DNA of 57,750 nucleotides from Christensenellaceae bacterium (GCA_045644505.1 JAZRGZ010000082.1:1-57750); one strand, 5' to 3'; shown: positions 8,877-19,101, numbered from the stretch's first letter. Notes: generated by a model from the sequence alone, not told the origin. A program made the numbers and translations.

Positions 8877-8919
8877 AAAAAAGAGTTACCGATAATTTCA
8901 GGTAACTCTTTTAGTTTTT
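8877..8919. terminator. bidirectional terminator (padR operon / mgsA)
   Basis: AAAAGAGTTACC...GGTAACTCTTTT hairpin flanked by A- and T-runs. Confidence 0.8.
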
Positions 8920-8926
8920 AGACTGG

Positions 8927-9310
8927 TTATATCATAAACGGTGAAGAGATTATCATATCAGCCGTTGAGGCGTTGGTTGCGATAGCCACGTTATAAACGT
9001 TTGCTATTCTAAGTAGCGCTTTCACGTCGGGGTCGTGAGGTTGCGCTTGCAATGGGTCGCAAAAAAATACCACCAAATCAACCTTACCTTCTGCAAGCAA
9101 AGCGCCTATTTGCTGGTCACCTCCGAGTGGTCCCGAAAGATAGCCCTTTACTGTAAGTCCAGTGGCCTCGCTAACGCGTTTAGCAGTAGTCCCTGTACCG
9201 CATAACGAAAATTTTTGTAGAACACTTTTGTTTTTTATTGCCCATTCTACGATTTCACTTTTTTTATTGTCGTGAGCAATAAGCGCCACAGTTTTTACGT
9301 GCTTCATTAT
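8927..9310 (-). CDS. mgsA: methylglyoxal synthase
   Basis: VALIAHDNKK, GTGTTA and GGDQQIGA motifs. I prefer the ATG at 9310 (MKHVKT), preceded by AAGGAGAAAATA, over the ORF-track start at 9388. Confidence 0.9.
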   Translation of the reverse strand: MMKHVKTVALIAHDNKKSEIVEWAIKNKSVLQKFSLCGTGTTAKRVSEATGLTVKGYLSGPLGGDQQIGALLAEGKVDLVVFFCDPLQAQPHDPDVKALLRIANVYNVAIATNASTADMIISSPFMI

Positions 9311-9330
9311 TTTCTCCTTATAGTATAAAT

Positions 9331-9356
9331 AAAGCCGACGGTTCCCCGTCGGCTTT
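9331..9356 (-). terminator. hairpin terminator/attenuator downstream of rny
   Basis: AAAGCCGACGG-ttcc-CCGTCGGCTTT, 4 nt after the rny stop and about 20 nt before the mgsA RBS. Confidence 0.6.
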
Positions 9357-9360
9357 GTTA

Positions 9361-10974
9361 TTATTTTGCGAATTCGGTTGCACGCCATTCTCTAATAACG
9401 TTAACCTTGATTTGACCGGGATATTCCATTTCCTGTTCAATTTTCTTTGCAATATCTTTTGCAAGGAATAAGGTTTCAGCATCGTTAATTTGTTCGGGTT
9501 TTACCATAACGCGCACTTCTCTACCTGCTTGAATAGCGTAACACTTTTCAACACCTTTAAAGCTTGAAGAAATTTCTTCGAGTTTTTGTAGACGTTTAAT
9601 GTAATTTGTAGTAGTTTCCCTTCTAGCACCGGGACGAGCACCCGAGATAGCGTCAGCAGACGCTACTAATACCGCTTCGATAGATTTTTGTTCTACGTCG
9701 CCGTGGTGAGCCAAAATTGCGTTAACGACGGTGTGATTTTCTCTATATTTCTTAGCGATATCTGCACCGATTTGCATGTGAGTGCCTTCTACTTCGTAGT
9801 CAACGGCTTTACCTAAGTCGTGTAAAAGTCCTGCACGTTTAGCAAGCGTTGCGTCTACACCAAGTTCGGTTGCCATTACGCCTGCAAGATGCGCTACTTC
9901 GATAGAGTGTCTTAAAACGTTTTGACCGTAACTGGTACGGAATTTAAGCCTACCGAGCGTTTTTACGATTTCAGGGTGAAGTCCGAATACACCGCATTCA
10001 AAGGTAGCGGCTTCGCCGGCTTCTTTTATTTGTTGGTCAAGTTCTTTTTTAACCTTTTCTACCGTCTCTTCTATTCTTGCAGGATGTATTCTACCGTCTT
10101 GGATAAGACGTTCTAATGCGATTCTAGCAACCTCGCGTCTTACGGGGTCAAAACCGGAAACAATAACTACTTCGGGGGTATCGTCTATAATAAGTTCAAT
10201 ACCCGTAGCGTTTTCTAAGGTTCTAATGTTTCTACCTTCACGACCGATAATTCTTGCTTTCATATCATCGGACGGTAGCGGTACAACGGATACGGTAATT
10301 TCCGTCGCTTGTTCAGTGCTACATTTTTGAATAGCAAGACTTACGATTTCTTTGGCTTTTCTTTCGCCTTCTTCTTTCGCTTCTGCTTCGATATTTTTTA
10401 CCATACCTGCCGCTTCGCGTCTTGCTTCGTCAGTAATAGCGTCAACAAGTTGTTTTTTTGCTTCTTCTTTCGACATCTGAGAAATTTTTTCAAATTCTTT
10501 TATCATCATATCGTGTTGATGAGCGATGTCTTCCAACTTGTTTTCAAGTTCGTGTTGTTTTTCTTTTAAGACGTTTTGTTGTCTTGTGGTTTCTTCGTTA
10601 CGTTTAATTAGGTTTTCTTCTTTTTTCTCTAACGACTCCTCTTTTTGGTTAAGTCTGTTTTCGATATTTTTGAGTTCCGCCCTTTTTTCTCTCGTTTCTT
10701 TTTCGAGTTCGTTGCGAAGTTTTATTTCCTGTTCTTTTGCCTCTAAAATAGCCTCTTTTTTAATACTTCTGCTCTCTTCTCTTGCGTCGTCGAGCATTTT
10801 TTCAGTAACTTTTTTAATATCACCTTGTTTTTTCTCAAAAGACTTATTCTTTAAATATCCACCGATTAAGACGCCGATTACTGCAAATACCGCCGCTACG
10901 ATAATAGCGACTAAAATTGTAGTGGTGACGCCATCGGTTGCCAAGAACAGGGAGCTGTAATTTGATGTAAGCAT
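9361..10974 (-). CDS. rny: ribonuclease Y
   Basis: N-terminal TM segment, long K/E-rich coiled coil, KH domain ([10 protein letters not shown]), HD domain (HSIEVA...LLHDLGK). 537 aa; RBS AGGAGGG. Confidence 0.95.
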   Translation of the reverse strand: MLTSNYSSLFLATDGVTTTILVAIIVAAVFAVIGVLIGGYLKNKSFEKKQGDIKKVTEKMLDDAREESRSIKKEAILEAKEQEIKLRNELEKETREKRAELKNIENRLNQKEESLEKKEENLIKRNEETTRQQNVLKEKQHELENKLEDIAHQHDMMIKEFEKISQMSKEEAKKQLVDAITDEARREAAGMVKNIEAEAKEEGERKAKEIVSLAIQKCSTEQATEITVSVVPLPSDDMKARIIGREGRNIRTLENATGIELIIDDTPEVVIVSGFDPVRREVARIALERLIQDGRIHPARIEETVEKVKKELDQQIKEAGEAATFECGVFGLHPEIVKTLGRLKFRTSYGQNVLRHSIEVAHLAGVMATELGVDATLAKRAGLLHDLGKAVDYEVEGTHMQIGADIAKKYRENHTVVNAILAHHGDVEQKSIEAVLVASADAISGARPGARRETTTNYIKRLQKLEEISSSFKGVEKCYAIQAGREVRVMVKPEQINDAETLFLAKDIAKKIEQEMEYPGQIKVNVIREWRATEFAK

Positions 10975-11068
10975 ATATTGTGCCCTCCTGTTTATTTTTT
11001 ACGCTTTAAATAAAAGCGTTTTATATCTTATTTAATTATACACTAAACGCATTAAAAAGTCAAAGGCT

Positions 11069-12076
11069 TTATGCGTTTTTCTCGTCCTTATGATAGAAAG
11101 CCTGTAAAATTTTTGTTTTAACGTCTTCGTAAGCTTCTGCGTTTCTTTCAAAATAATCAACTGCTTTTTCTCTGCCTTGCGCAATCTTTTCGCCGTTATA
11201 CGAAAACCATGACCCACTCTTTTCAATAATTGAATATTCGAGCGCAAGGTCAATTAGGCAACTTCCCTTAGAAATGCCTTTGCCAAAAATTATATCGAAC
11301 TCTGCCGTTTTAAAAGGCGGAGCAACTTTGTTTTTAACGATTTTAGCTTTGGTGTGATTACCGTACGCGCCGTTGGAATCTTTCAACGCGTCTGCTTTTC
11401 TAACGTCTATTCTTACGCTTGCGTAGAATTTTAACGCTTTACCACCCGCGGTAACTTCGGGATTACCAAACATCACGCCAACTTTTTCACGGAGTTGGTT
11501 GATAAATATTATGCAAGTTTTAGATTTAGAAGTAATTGCCGTGAGTTTTCTTAACGCTTGACTCATCAAACGCGCTTGCAAACCTACGTGAGAATCACCC
11601 ATATCTCCTTCAATTTCAGCCTTAGGGGTAAGTGCTGCAACCGAGTCGACAACGATAATATCTACCGCCTTACTCGCTACAAGCGATTCGGTGATATCGA
11701 GCGCTTGTTCGCCAGTATCGGGTTGTGAAACGTAAAGTTCGTCGATATTAACCCCTAAGTTTTGAGCATATACGGGGTCTAACGCGTGTTCAGCGTCGAT
11801 AAACGCAGCGATACCGCCGTTCTTTTGTGCTTCGGCAATAGCGTGTAGAGCAACAGTGGTTTTACCCGAAGATTCGGGTCCGTATATTTCTACTATTCTT
11901 CCTCTGGGAAGTCCACCGATACCGATTGCTAAGTCTAGCGAAAGACATCCTGTGGGCATTGCTTCTATAACGTTTGCTTCGGCGTTTTGACCAAGACGCA
12001 TAATAGCACCTTTTCCGTATTGTTTCTCAATTTGCGTCATAACGCCTTCTAACGCTTTTAATTTTTCCTGATTCAT
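11069..12076 (-). CDS. recA: recombinase RecA
   Basis: GPESSGKTT Walker [10 protein letters not shown], and [18 protein letters not shown] loop L2. Confidence 0.97.
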   Translation of the reverse strand: MNQEKLKALEGVMTQIEKQYGKGAIMRLGQNAEANVIEAMPTGCLSLDLAIGIGGLPRGRIVEIYGPESSGKTTVALHAIAEAQKNGGIAAFIDAEHALDPVYAQNLGVNIDELYVSQPDTGEQALDITESLVASKAVDIIVVDSVAALTPKAEIEGDMGDSHVGLQARLMSQALRKLTAITSKSKTCIIFINQLREKVGVMFGNPEVTAGGKALKFYASVRIDVRKADALKDSNGAYGNHTKAKIVKNKVAPPFKTAEFDIIFGKGISKGSCLIDLALEYSIIEKSGSWFSYNGEKIAQGREKAVDYFERNAEAYEDVKTKILQAFYHKDEKNA

Positions 12077-12087
12077 TTATATACCTC

Positions 12088-13293
12088 TTAAATTTTTTTC
12101 AATTTTTTTATTGCGAGCCCTAGTGCAACGTTTTTTGCTTGTTCGGTTATCTGCTCTCTCGTACCGTTGAAATTGTATTTGTACGTGTGAACTCCATCGC
12201 TCATACCAACGGCTATATAGCATAACCCCACGGGCTTTTCGGTATTGTCACTTTTAGGTCCGGCAATGCCAGTCGTTGCAATGGCTATATCGCAATTACC
12301 TTTTCTCAATAGTCCCGCACACATTTGGTAAGCGACAATCGAACTTACCGCACCACTTCTTGCTAAATCTTCTTTCTGCACTCCTAAACGCTCTATTTTA
12401 CTCTTATTCGAGTAAGCCACTATGCCTTCGTGAAAAAATTCAGACACGCCCGAATTCTTTATCATACCGCTTGCAAGCCGTCCGCCTGTGAAAGATTCCG
12501 CCACGGAGAGTTTTAGGTTTTTAAGTTTAAGCAAGTCGAACAATCTACCCTCTAACGTAGTTTCAAATTCTGCGTAAATGTCGTCTTTAAGCTCGCCTAC
12601 AATAAAACGTATAACGTTAGAACTTTCTTTTATTGCGTTATTCTTAAACAATAAATCTATCGAACAATCGCCGTTCTCGTCGGTTACGGTTACGCTAAAC
12701 TCAGAACCGAAAAGTTGTTCAGCCTGTTTTAGCACTTTATTTAACTGACTTTTGTCGCCGATAAATTTTAACAGCTGTCTTTTTGCTTTTACGTTGTATT
12801 TATTTTCAACGTACGGTATAACGTATTTGCCACATGCGGTAGAAAACTGCTCAGCTTCCCTCGGAAGAACGGCAAGCGTCATTTTCTCGTCGTCTATCAT
12901 AAAGCCTTGATATGGGCCTTCAATATTTGGAATAACAGTACTACTTAACGGTATAACCGCGTATTCGTCAGAATAATCAATACCGCTAGCCGTCTTTACC
13001 GCGTCTAAAAATTTTTTAGCGTTTGGGTTTTCTAAAAGCTCGGTATCAAAAACTTCGCTTACGATTTTTTTGAGGTCTAATTTTACTTTTTCACCATCGG
13101 CTACTACCACTAAATCATAGATGTCTTTAAGTTCGGTTAAACGTCTTTTAAACCCTAAATCATCGGTTAACGACAGTATTTCAATTTTATCTACGTCAAC
13201 GCCTCCCGAATAAAACACATTGGAAATTTGCGTTAAATATTCAAAGTCGTGTTTTTCTTTGGAGTTGAAGAATACAATTAACGCAGTTTTCAC
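12088..13293 (-). CDS. cinA: CinA family protein: intact C-terminal PncC-type NMN deamidase domain, divergent N-terminal MoCF-like domain
   Basis: The C-terminal half carries SFTGGRLA...GAVS...TGIAGP...KPVGLCYIAV. GTG start overlaps the pgsA stop (GTGA) and is preceded by AAGGAG. Confidence 0.8.
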   Translation of the reverse strand: MKTALIVFFNSKEKHDFEYLTQISNVFYSGGVDVDKIEILSLTDDLGFKRRLTELKDIYDLVVVADGEKVKLDLKKIVSEVFDTELLENPNAKKFLDAVKTASGIDYSDEYAVIPLSSTVIPNIEGPYQGFMIDDEKMTLAVLPREAEQFSTACGKYVIPYVENKYNVKAKRQLLKFIGDKSQLNKVLKQAEQLFGSEFSVTVTDENGDCSIDLLFKNNAIKESSNVIRFIVGELKDDIYAEFETTLEGRLFDLLKLKNLKLSVAESFTGGRLASGMIKNSGVSEFFHEGIVAYSNKSKIERLGVQKEDLARSGAVSSIVAYQMCAGLLRKGNCDIAIATTGIAGPKSDNTEKPVGLCYIAVGMSDGVHTYKYNFNGTREQITEQAKNVALGLAIKKLKKI

Positions 13294-13865
13294 TTATTCT
13301 CCTTTAATACGGCTCTGTTTTTAATAATACATTCTGCGCCCGAATACACGGTAAGTAATGTCGAAAGCACTAACATAACAACTGCGGTAACTGTAATCCA
13401 AGTAATATTAAACTGCAAAGATATGAGCATAACTATTATGGTAACGTCTGTGAAAAAAGTTTTGATTTTACACGACCAATCGGCTGCAATTACCATATTT
13501 TTGCCCGACGCAACTAATCTAAATCCGCTTACAATAAGTTCACGTGCAAGTATTAACGCTACGCACACGGGGGCAATAAACGCGTATTCTGCGAAGAAAA
13601 CTTGTCCGCTAGGCAATACTAAACAAAGTATCAATGCAGTGGAAACAAGTACTTTGTCAGCGATAGGGTCTAAAAATTTGCCCATATCAGTAACGAGATG
13701 ATATTTTCTTGCGATGTATCCGTCTAAAAAGTCAGTAAATGACGCTAGCGCGAAGATTATCGCTGAAATAACGAAATTATAAGGTATTACAGTCAAATAA
13801 AACACAACTGCAAACACGGGTATCATAAATATTCTCGCTAAGGTTATCTTGTTTGGTAAATTCAT
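13290..13865 (-). CDS. pgsA: CDP-diacylglycerol--glycerol-3-phosphate 3-phosphatidyltransferase
   Basis: CDP-alcohol phosphatidyltransferase motif DFLDGYIARK...GKFLDPIADK; multi-pass membrane protein; ATGA overlap with rimO. Confidence 0.9.
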   Translation of the reverse strand: MNLPNKITLARIFMIPVFAVVFYLTVIPYNFVISAIIFALASFTDFLDGYIARKYHLVTDMGKFLDPIADKVLVSTALILCLVLPSGQVFFAEYAFIAPVCVALILARELIVSGFRLVASGKNMVIAADWSCKIKTFFTDVTIIVMLISLQFNITWITVTAVVMLVLSTLLTVYSGAECIIKNRAVLKENK

Positions 13866-15175
13866 ATTCTTTCTCCGTATAAGTCGTATCCGTCGTAAGA
13901 AATAATTTTTACGTTGTAATATTCACCGTTGACTATTTCTTCGTCCGAAAAGAAAAACACTTTTCCGTCAATGTCAGGCGCGAAGAAATAAGGTCTTCCG
14001 TAATATGTAAACGCGTCGGGGTCAAAACCGTCGGCTTTAACCTTAAAAGTCTTGCCGATTAAAGATTTGTAATTCTCTTTAACTATTTTCTTTTGCGCTG
14101 AATAAAGTTTTTTCAAACGCTTTGTCTTTATGCTTTCGGGCAAATGACCGTCTAGATTATAAGACGCTGTACCCTTTTCTTTGCTGTACTTAAAAAATCC
14201 CGCGTTAAATAGTTTGGCTTTACCGATAAACTCTAAAAGATTATTAAAATTTTCTTCCGTTTCTGTCGGAAAACCTGTCATAAAAGTCGAACGTATGGCA
14301 ATTCCAGGAACTCGGCTTTTAAGTTTATTAATTAAATCTAAGTACTCTTGATAAGTACCTTTTCTATTCATAAGTTTTAAGATTTTATCGTCCGCGTGCT
14401 GAAATGGAACGTCGATATATCTCATAACTTTTGAATTAACGCTCATCTCGTGTATAAGCTCGTCTGTAATATTTTCAGGATAACAGTACAAGAGTCTTAT
14501 TCCGTGAACGTTAGACAGTGCGGACAGTTTTTTTAAAAGTTCAACTAAACTGCTTTTAGGCTGAAAATCTTTACCGTATGCGGTAACGTCTTGCGCAACT
14601 AAGATAAGCTCTTTTACGTCGCCTAAACCTACCGTTTCTTCGATTAAATCTTCCATAGGTACAGAACGGTATTTACCACGGATAGACGGAATAAGACAAT
14701 AGGTACAATGGTTATTACACCCATCTGCAATTTTAAGGTATGCGTAACCGTCAGTGGTTAGAGTTCGCATTTTGCCACACTCTTTACTTGGCACGCCTAC
14801 TTCTAAAACCCTTTCACCTTTGAACACATGGCCCAAAACTTCTAAAATCTTATGATAGTCGGAAACGCCCATAAATGCGTCAACTTCGGGAAGTTCAGGT
14901 TCTATTTCAGTTAAAAAGCGTTGTGGTAAACAGCCCGTAACAATAATTTTTAAGTTAGGATTTTGGCTTTTTATTCCGATACAAGACAAAATTTCTTCGA
15001 TTGCTTCTTGTCTAGAACTTTTCAAAAATGCGCACGTGTTGATAATAACGGCGTCAGAACCACTAACGTCGTTAGTAATTTCATATTCGCGTCGAATAAA
15101 CGATAACATTTTTTCGGTATCTACACGGTTTTTGTCGCATCCGAGAGATATCACGCCAATTTTTTTGTTTTGCAT
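13862..15175 (-). CDS. rimO: ribosomal protein S12 methylthiotransferase RimO (radical SAM MTTase)
   Basis: N-terminal UPF0004 Cys triad (LGCDKN...NTCAF...GCL), radical-SAM CNNHCTYC, C-terminal TRAM domain. Canonical position upstream of pgsA-cinA-recA. Confidence 0.88.
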   Translation of the reverse strand: MQNKKIGVISLGCDKNRVDTEKMLSFIRREYEITNDVSGSDAVIINTCAFLKSSRQEAIEEILSCIGIKSQNPNLKIIVTGCLPQRFLTEIEPELPEVDAFMGVSDYHKILEVLGHVFKGERVLEVGVPSKECGKMRTLTTDGYAYLKIADGCNNHCTYCLIPSIRGKYRSVPMEDLIEETVGLGDVKELILVAQDVTAYGKDFQPKSSLVELLKKLSALSNVHGIRLLYCYPENITDELIHEMSVNSKVMRYIDVPFQHADDKILKLMNRKGTYQEYLDLINKLKSRVPGIAIRSTFMTGFPTETEENFNNLLEFIGKAKLFNAGFFKYSKEKGTASYNLDGHLPESIKTKRLKKLYSAQKKIVKENYKSLIGKTFKVKADGFDPDAFTYYGRPYFFAPDIDGKVFFFSDEEIVNGEYYNVKIISYDGYDLYGERI

Positions 15176-15190
15176 AAATTTCTTCCGTTT

Positions 15191-18100
15191 TTAGTAAGTG
15201 TCCGACATAGGTCCGAATTTTTCTTCAAATTCTTCTCTCGTTAAGAAAACTCTGCGCGCTTTTGCACCTTCGTTACCCGAAATAAAGCCCATTCTTTCCA
15301 TCTTGTCTACCAAACCACCCGCTCTTCCGTAACCTATTTGGAAACGACGTTGCAGTTGCGAGATAGATACTGAACCTGAGTTTACAGCAAGCCATAACGC
15401 TTTTAAGAAGAAGTCGTTGATTTCGTTTTCAGCTTCTTCGCCGTCGACGTCAGAAATATCTTCTTGTTTGGGTTTATTGCTCTTTTCTAAATAATCTGAC
15501 AACTCATCGTCAAAATACGCTTCGTTGTGTTCTTTGATAAAGTTTACGATACTCGTAATTTCACGGTTAGATATCCAAGCGCCTTGATATCTTTCACACT
15601 CGGACATACCCGAGTTTTTATAAAGCATATCGCCGTTACCTAAAAGTTTTTCCGCACCACCTTCGCTTAAAATTGTGCTACTGTCGGCATAGTTCATAAC
15701 TTTTAACGCCATACGAGAGGGGAGGTTTGCTTTAATAGTACCAGTGATAACGTCTACTGATGGACGTTGCGTTGCTAAAACTAAGTGAATACCCGCCGCC
15801 CTTGCTTTTGCAGCAAGCATACGTATGCGCATATCCATATCTTTTTTGCAAGTTTCCATTAGGTCTGCAAGTTCGTCTACAATAATAACTATTCTCGGTA
15901 ACTTTGCAACCGTGTCGCTTGCGATTTCTTTATTGTATTCGTCGATATCGCTTATAAGCCTATCACAATTTTCAAACATACCGTAACGTTTTTCCATTTC
16001 TTCGTATGCCCAAGCGAGCACTGAAACGGCTTTTTGAGGTTCGGTAATTATTTCGTCTATCATTAAGTGAGGAATATGTTCGTAGTTTTTAAACCCTACG
16101 CGTTTGGGGTCTATGAGAATAAGCCTTAGTTCTTCGGGGCTGTACCTCATAATTAAGCTTACAATCATAACGTTAAGTGCTACGCTCTTCCCTGACCCCG
16201 TTGCGCCGGCAATTAAATAGTGAGGTCCTTTTGCAAGGTTATCGGTAATAGATTTACCTACGATGTCTTTACCGATTGCAAAAGTCAACGCGCCCGGCTT
16301 ATCAGCGTCCGTCGCACCTTCTAATACTTCTCTTAAACCTACCGTGGTCTTGTAAGTGTTTGCAACTTCTACGCCAACTAAGTTTTTACCGGGGATAGGG
16401 GCTTCTATTCTTACGCCAAATCTCGACGCTAAACGCATTTTTAGGTCGTCGTCGTAGTTGAGCACCTTTTTAACACTAATTCCCGGAGGCATCATTATTT
16501 CATATCTGGTAATTGTAGGACCTTGAACGAAACCTTGCGGTTCTACGTTGATATGGAAATCTGCAAGTAGTTGTTTTATCGTTTCCTGTCTTCCTTGGTG
16601 GTCTTCTTGCGGAGCGTCCACAGGTACAGCGTATTTTTCCAATAAGTCAATGGGCGGACGGTTATAAATTCTGTTAATCGGAGCAACTTTCTTTTCGGGT
16701 TTAGGTTGCTCTGTTTCAGTTACAGTGGGTTGCTCTTTGTCGATAATCGGTCTTGAACGTAAGGGTGAAACGTTTCTGTCGGCAACTACCCTACTCGTAT
16801 ACGCAGTGGGTTCGGCAGGTTTTTCTTGCGTGGTTTGTTCAGTACCGAAAAGTATCCCTCTTGAACGTCTGTCCGATATAATAGGCGACTGAGTCGGTTG
16901 GTCTAACGTTTCGGGTTCTTTGAACGTTTCAGCTAACGGTTTTTCTATTTCTTCTTGCGTTTTAGTAATTTGTTCTTCAAAAGTTTGCTCGGATTTTTCT
17001 TCCACGTAAACAGGACGAACAACTTCTTCTGGTTCAATCTCAACACCCTCGGGTTCGGAAGGAGTGAGGTATTTCGACATAAAATCTTCGGCACGGGTCG
17101 CCGTATCGTCTTTTTGCTCGCTTTCGTCGTGGAAATACATAGGTATTTCTTTTACCGTAACTTCTTCTTGTTTAATTTCGGGAATTTCAACAGGTTGTTC
17201 TTGTTGAACATTTTCTTCATGCGTTTGTTCGGCTTGCGCTATCGTTTTAGACACGTAGTCAGAAACAGTTGTCGTCGACGTAGGACGCGTGTCGTTCTTG
17301 ATAGAATTAAGGTCGATAGTCGCAGGAGTTTTAATATATTCGATTTTTTTCTTTAATTCGTCGTCGTTAGTTTTTGCAAAACCGTTACCAGTTTGAGCCA
17401 AAGGTATTTGAGAGTTAGTGTAATCTATGCGTAATACGTCAGAGTTGTTTTTATTAAGCTCTCTTTTAGATTTAAGCGCAAAGTCGTTTGAATTGTTAAC
17501 AAAAAGACTTTGTGAGGTTTTAGGCTGTTCAATAAAAGAGTTAACTGATGGAACAGCGTCTGCTACGGGATATTCTTTTTCGCCAACGATTTCTATTCCT
17601 AAATCTTCTTGACCTTCAACAGGTTTCTCTTTCACAAAAGAACCGTTAAACTTTTCCGGCTTAACGGTATTTTTGAGATTAAGATAATCTTTAACCATAA
17701 AATACACGTCACCGGCTATAAGCAATGAGATTATAAAGTAAGCGCCAACGGTAGATAAAACGGCAATTACCCAATAACTTATCATAGACATAAAAAGTCC
17801 GCCTGCCGTACTACCTATTACGCCGTTTTGTGCTTTCATATAAGCCAAAGATAAATATTCACCGTAACCCACGCTTACGTCGTTATGCGAAATAACGTGC
17901 AACAATAAAACAATAAGGAAGAAGAAAGCCGTTACTCTAAATTTCACTTTTGCTGAAATTGACGTTTTCTTGGATAAAACCATCATAGCGCCCATATAAA
18001 TGGTGAATAGGTCTACGGCGTAGGCAAAATAACCGAAACATCCGAAAAGAAAGGAATTTATCCATTTGCCAGGAGTATAAAAAACCGTATCGCGAGTAAT

Positions 18101-18211
18101 TAAGCAAATCATACAAACGGTAGCAAAAAGAACCAAGACAACCCCTAAGGTTTGTTTGGTAAATACCGTCGATTGTTGTTTTTTATTGTTGTCGTTCCTT
18201 AGCCCGTTCAA
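15191..18211 (-). CDS. ftsK: DNA translocase FtsK/SpoIIIE
   Basis: N-terminal TM helices, about 300-aa E/P/Q/T-rich linker, motor domain with GATGSGKS Walker A and VIIVDELADL Walker B, C-terminal winged-helix gamma domain. Apparent TTG start behind AGAGGTG. Confidence 0.9.
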   Translation of the reverse strand: MNGLRNDNNKKQQSTVFTKQTLGVVLVLFATVCMICLITRDTVFYTPGKWINSFLFGCFGYFAYAVDLFTIYMGAMMVLSKKTSISAKVKFRVTAFFFLIVLLLHVISHNDVSVGYGEYLSLAYMKAQNGVIGSTAGGLFMSMISYWVIAVLSTVGAYFIISLLIAGDVYFMVKDYLNLKNTVKPEKFNGSFVKEKPVEGQEDLGIEIVGEKEYPVADAVPSVNSFIEQPKTSQSLFVNNSNDFALKSKRELNKNNSDVLRIDYTNSQIPLAQTGNGFAKTNDDELKKKIEYIKTPATIDLNSIKNDTRPTSTTTVSDYVSKTIAQAEQTHEENVQQEQPVEIPEIKQEEVTVKEIPMYFHDESEQKDDTATRAEDFMSKYLTPSEPEGVEIEPEEVVRPVYVEEKSEQTFEEQITKTQEEIEKPLAETFKEPETLDQPTQSPIISDRRSRGILFGTEQTTQEKPAEPTAYTSRVVADRNVSPLRSRPIIDKEQPTVTETEQPKPEKKVAPINRIYNRPPIDLLEKYAVPVDAPQEDHQGRQETIKQLLADFHINVEPQGFVQGPTITRYEIMMPPGISVKKVLNYDDDLKMRLASRFGVRIEAPIPGKNLVGVEVANTYKTTVGLREVLEGATDADKPGALTFAIGKDIVGKSITDNLAKGPHYLIAGATGSGKSVALNVMIVSLIMRYSPEELRLILIDPKRVGFKNYEHIPHLMIDEIITEPQKAVSVLAWAYEEMEKRYGMFENCDRLISDIDEYNKEIASDTVAKLPRIVIIVDELADLMETCKKDMDMRIRMLAAKARAAGIHLVLATQRPSVDVITGTIKANLPSRMALKVMNYADSSTILSEGGAEKLLGNGDMLYKNSGMSECERYQGAWISNREITSIVNFIKEHNEAYFDDELSDYLEKSNKPKQEDISDVDGEEAENEINDFFLKALWLAVNSGSVSISQLQRRFQIGYGRAGGLVDKMERMGFISGNEGAKARRVFLTREEFEEKFGPMSDTY

Positions 18212-18332
18212 GTTACACCTCTAATTTTACTTTTATAAATTATACCAAAAATTTAGACGGTTTACAATGCCTTTACAATATTTTTTTTAAATATTTATAT
18301 ATTATCTACTAAATAAAGTAGTTTAAAAGAAA

Positions 18333-18362
18333 AAACCGCCCCAAAGTCGTTCGGACGGTTTG
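18333..18362 (-). terminator. rho-independent terminator after the COG1579 gene
   Basis: Minus-strand AAACCGTCC...GGGGCGGTTT hairpin followed by TTTTCTTTT. Confidence 0.5.
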
Positions 18363-18379
18363 TAATTGTGGTTTAAAAC

Positions 18380-19075
18380 CTATTTTTGGTATAAAATTCT
18401 ACCGCACTGGTCACACTCGATAACTTCGCCGTTTTTGAGTTTGTTTAACTCGGACAAAGAAAGGGACATACTGCACGCTCCACACACTTTATTCACTACT
18501 TCATACGCAACAGGATAAATTTTATTAGCACGTTTTTTAAGATACAAATCCATTAATTTGGGGTCAACCTGTGCTTTAATTTCGGCAAGTTTACGTTCAA
18601 TTTCTTCTTTTTCAGCCTGCTTACTTGCTTTGAATTCGTTATATTTTTTGCCGTTTTCAATGTATTGAACTTGTGCGGCTTTGGTGGTATTTTTAATAGT
18701 AACGTATTCTTTCATTACAGACGAAACCGCGTTGGAAAGATTAACGATTTCAGCATTTAAGTTTTTAATCTTTGAAATCAGTTCTTCTGCCTTTTTAATT
18801 AGATAATTTGCTTGCGTTTGGTCGTTTATTTCGTTTAGAGAGGAAACGAGTTCTTGTTCAAGTTCTTTAAACTTATTTAATTCGTCGAGTTTAGCTTGAT
18901 ATTCAGCAGAAAGACTGCCCGCTCTGTCGTCCAATTTGTTTACGTTTTCTTCAACGCCGTCAAGGTATTTTTTAGCACTTACAGCCTTTTTTCTTTCGGG
19001 ACTTTCTGCTAATTCGTTTTCAATTTTCTTTAAGTCTGCGTCTATTGCTTGATAATTAAGTAATGCTTGTATCAT
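18380..19075 (-). CDS. coiled-coil protein with C-terminal C4 zinc ribbon (COG1579 family)
   Basis: Long heptad-rich region, then CGACSMSL...CDQCGRILY. Conserved partner immediately downstream of nif3. Confidence 0.7.
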   Translation of the reverse strand: MIQALLNYQAIDADLKKIENELAESPERKKAVSAKKYLDGVEENVNKLDDRAGSLSAEYQAKLDELNKFKELEQELVSSLNEINDQTQANYLIKKAEELISKIKNLNAEIVNLSNAVSSVMKEYVTIKNTTKAAQVQYIENGKKYNEFKASKQAEKEEIERKLAEIKAQVDPKLMDLYLKKRANKIYPVAYEVVNKVCGACSMSLSLSELNKLKNGEVIECDQCGRILYQK

Positions 19076-19101
19076 AATATTTCTCCTTTATTTTTCCCAT
19101 A

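Noticed and set aside
10309-10960. Plus-strand ORFs (86 aa and 144 aa) antisense to rny, and similar ones antisense to ftsK (16955-17612)
   Set aside because: They are antisense shadows of K/E-rich coiled-coil or linker coding sequence, giving F/S/L-rich nonsense. They have no RBS, and the sense genes are unambiguous.
11001-11019. Hairpin ACGCTTT-N5-AAAGCGT downstream of recA as a terminator
   Set aside because: In the recA (minus) orientation the hairpin is followed by an A-run, not a U-run. It is short and AT-rich. recA-rny read-through or a processing site is more likely, so it is not annotated.
11032-11253. 73-aa minus-strand ORF overlapping the 3' end of recA
   Set aside because: It lies in an alternative frame inside recA, has a basic low-complexity product, and has no RBS.
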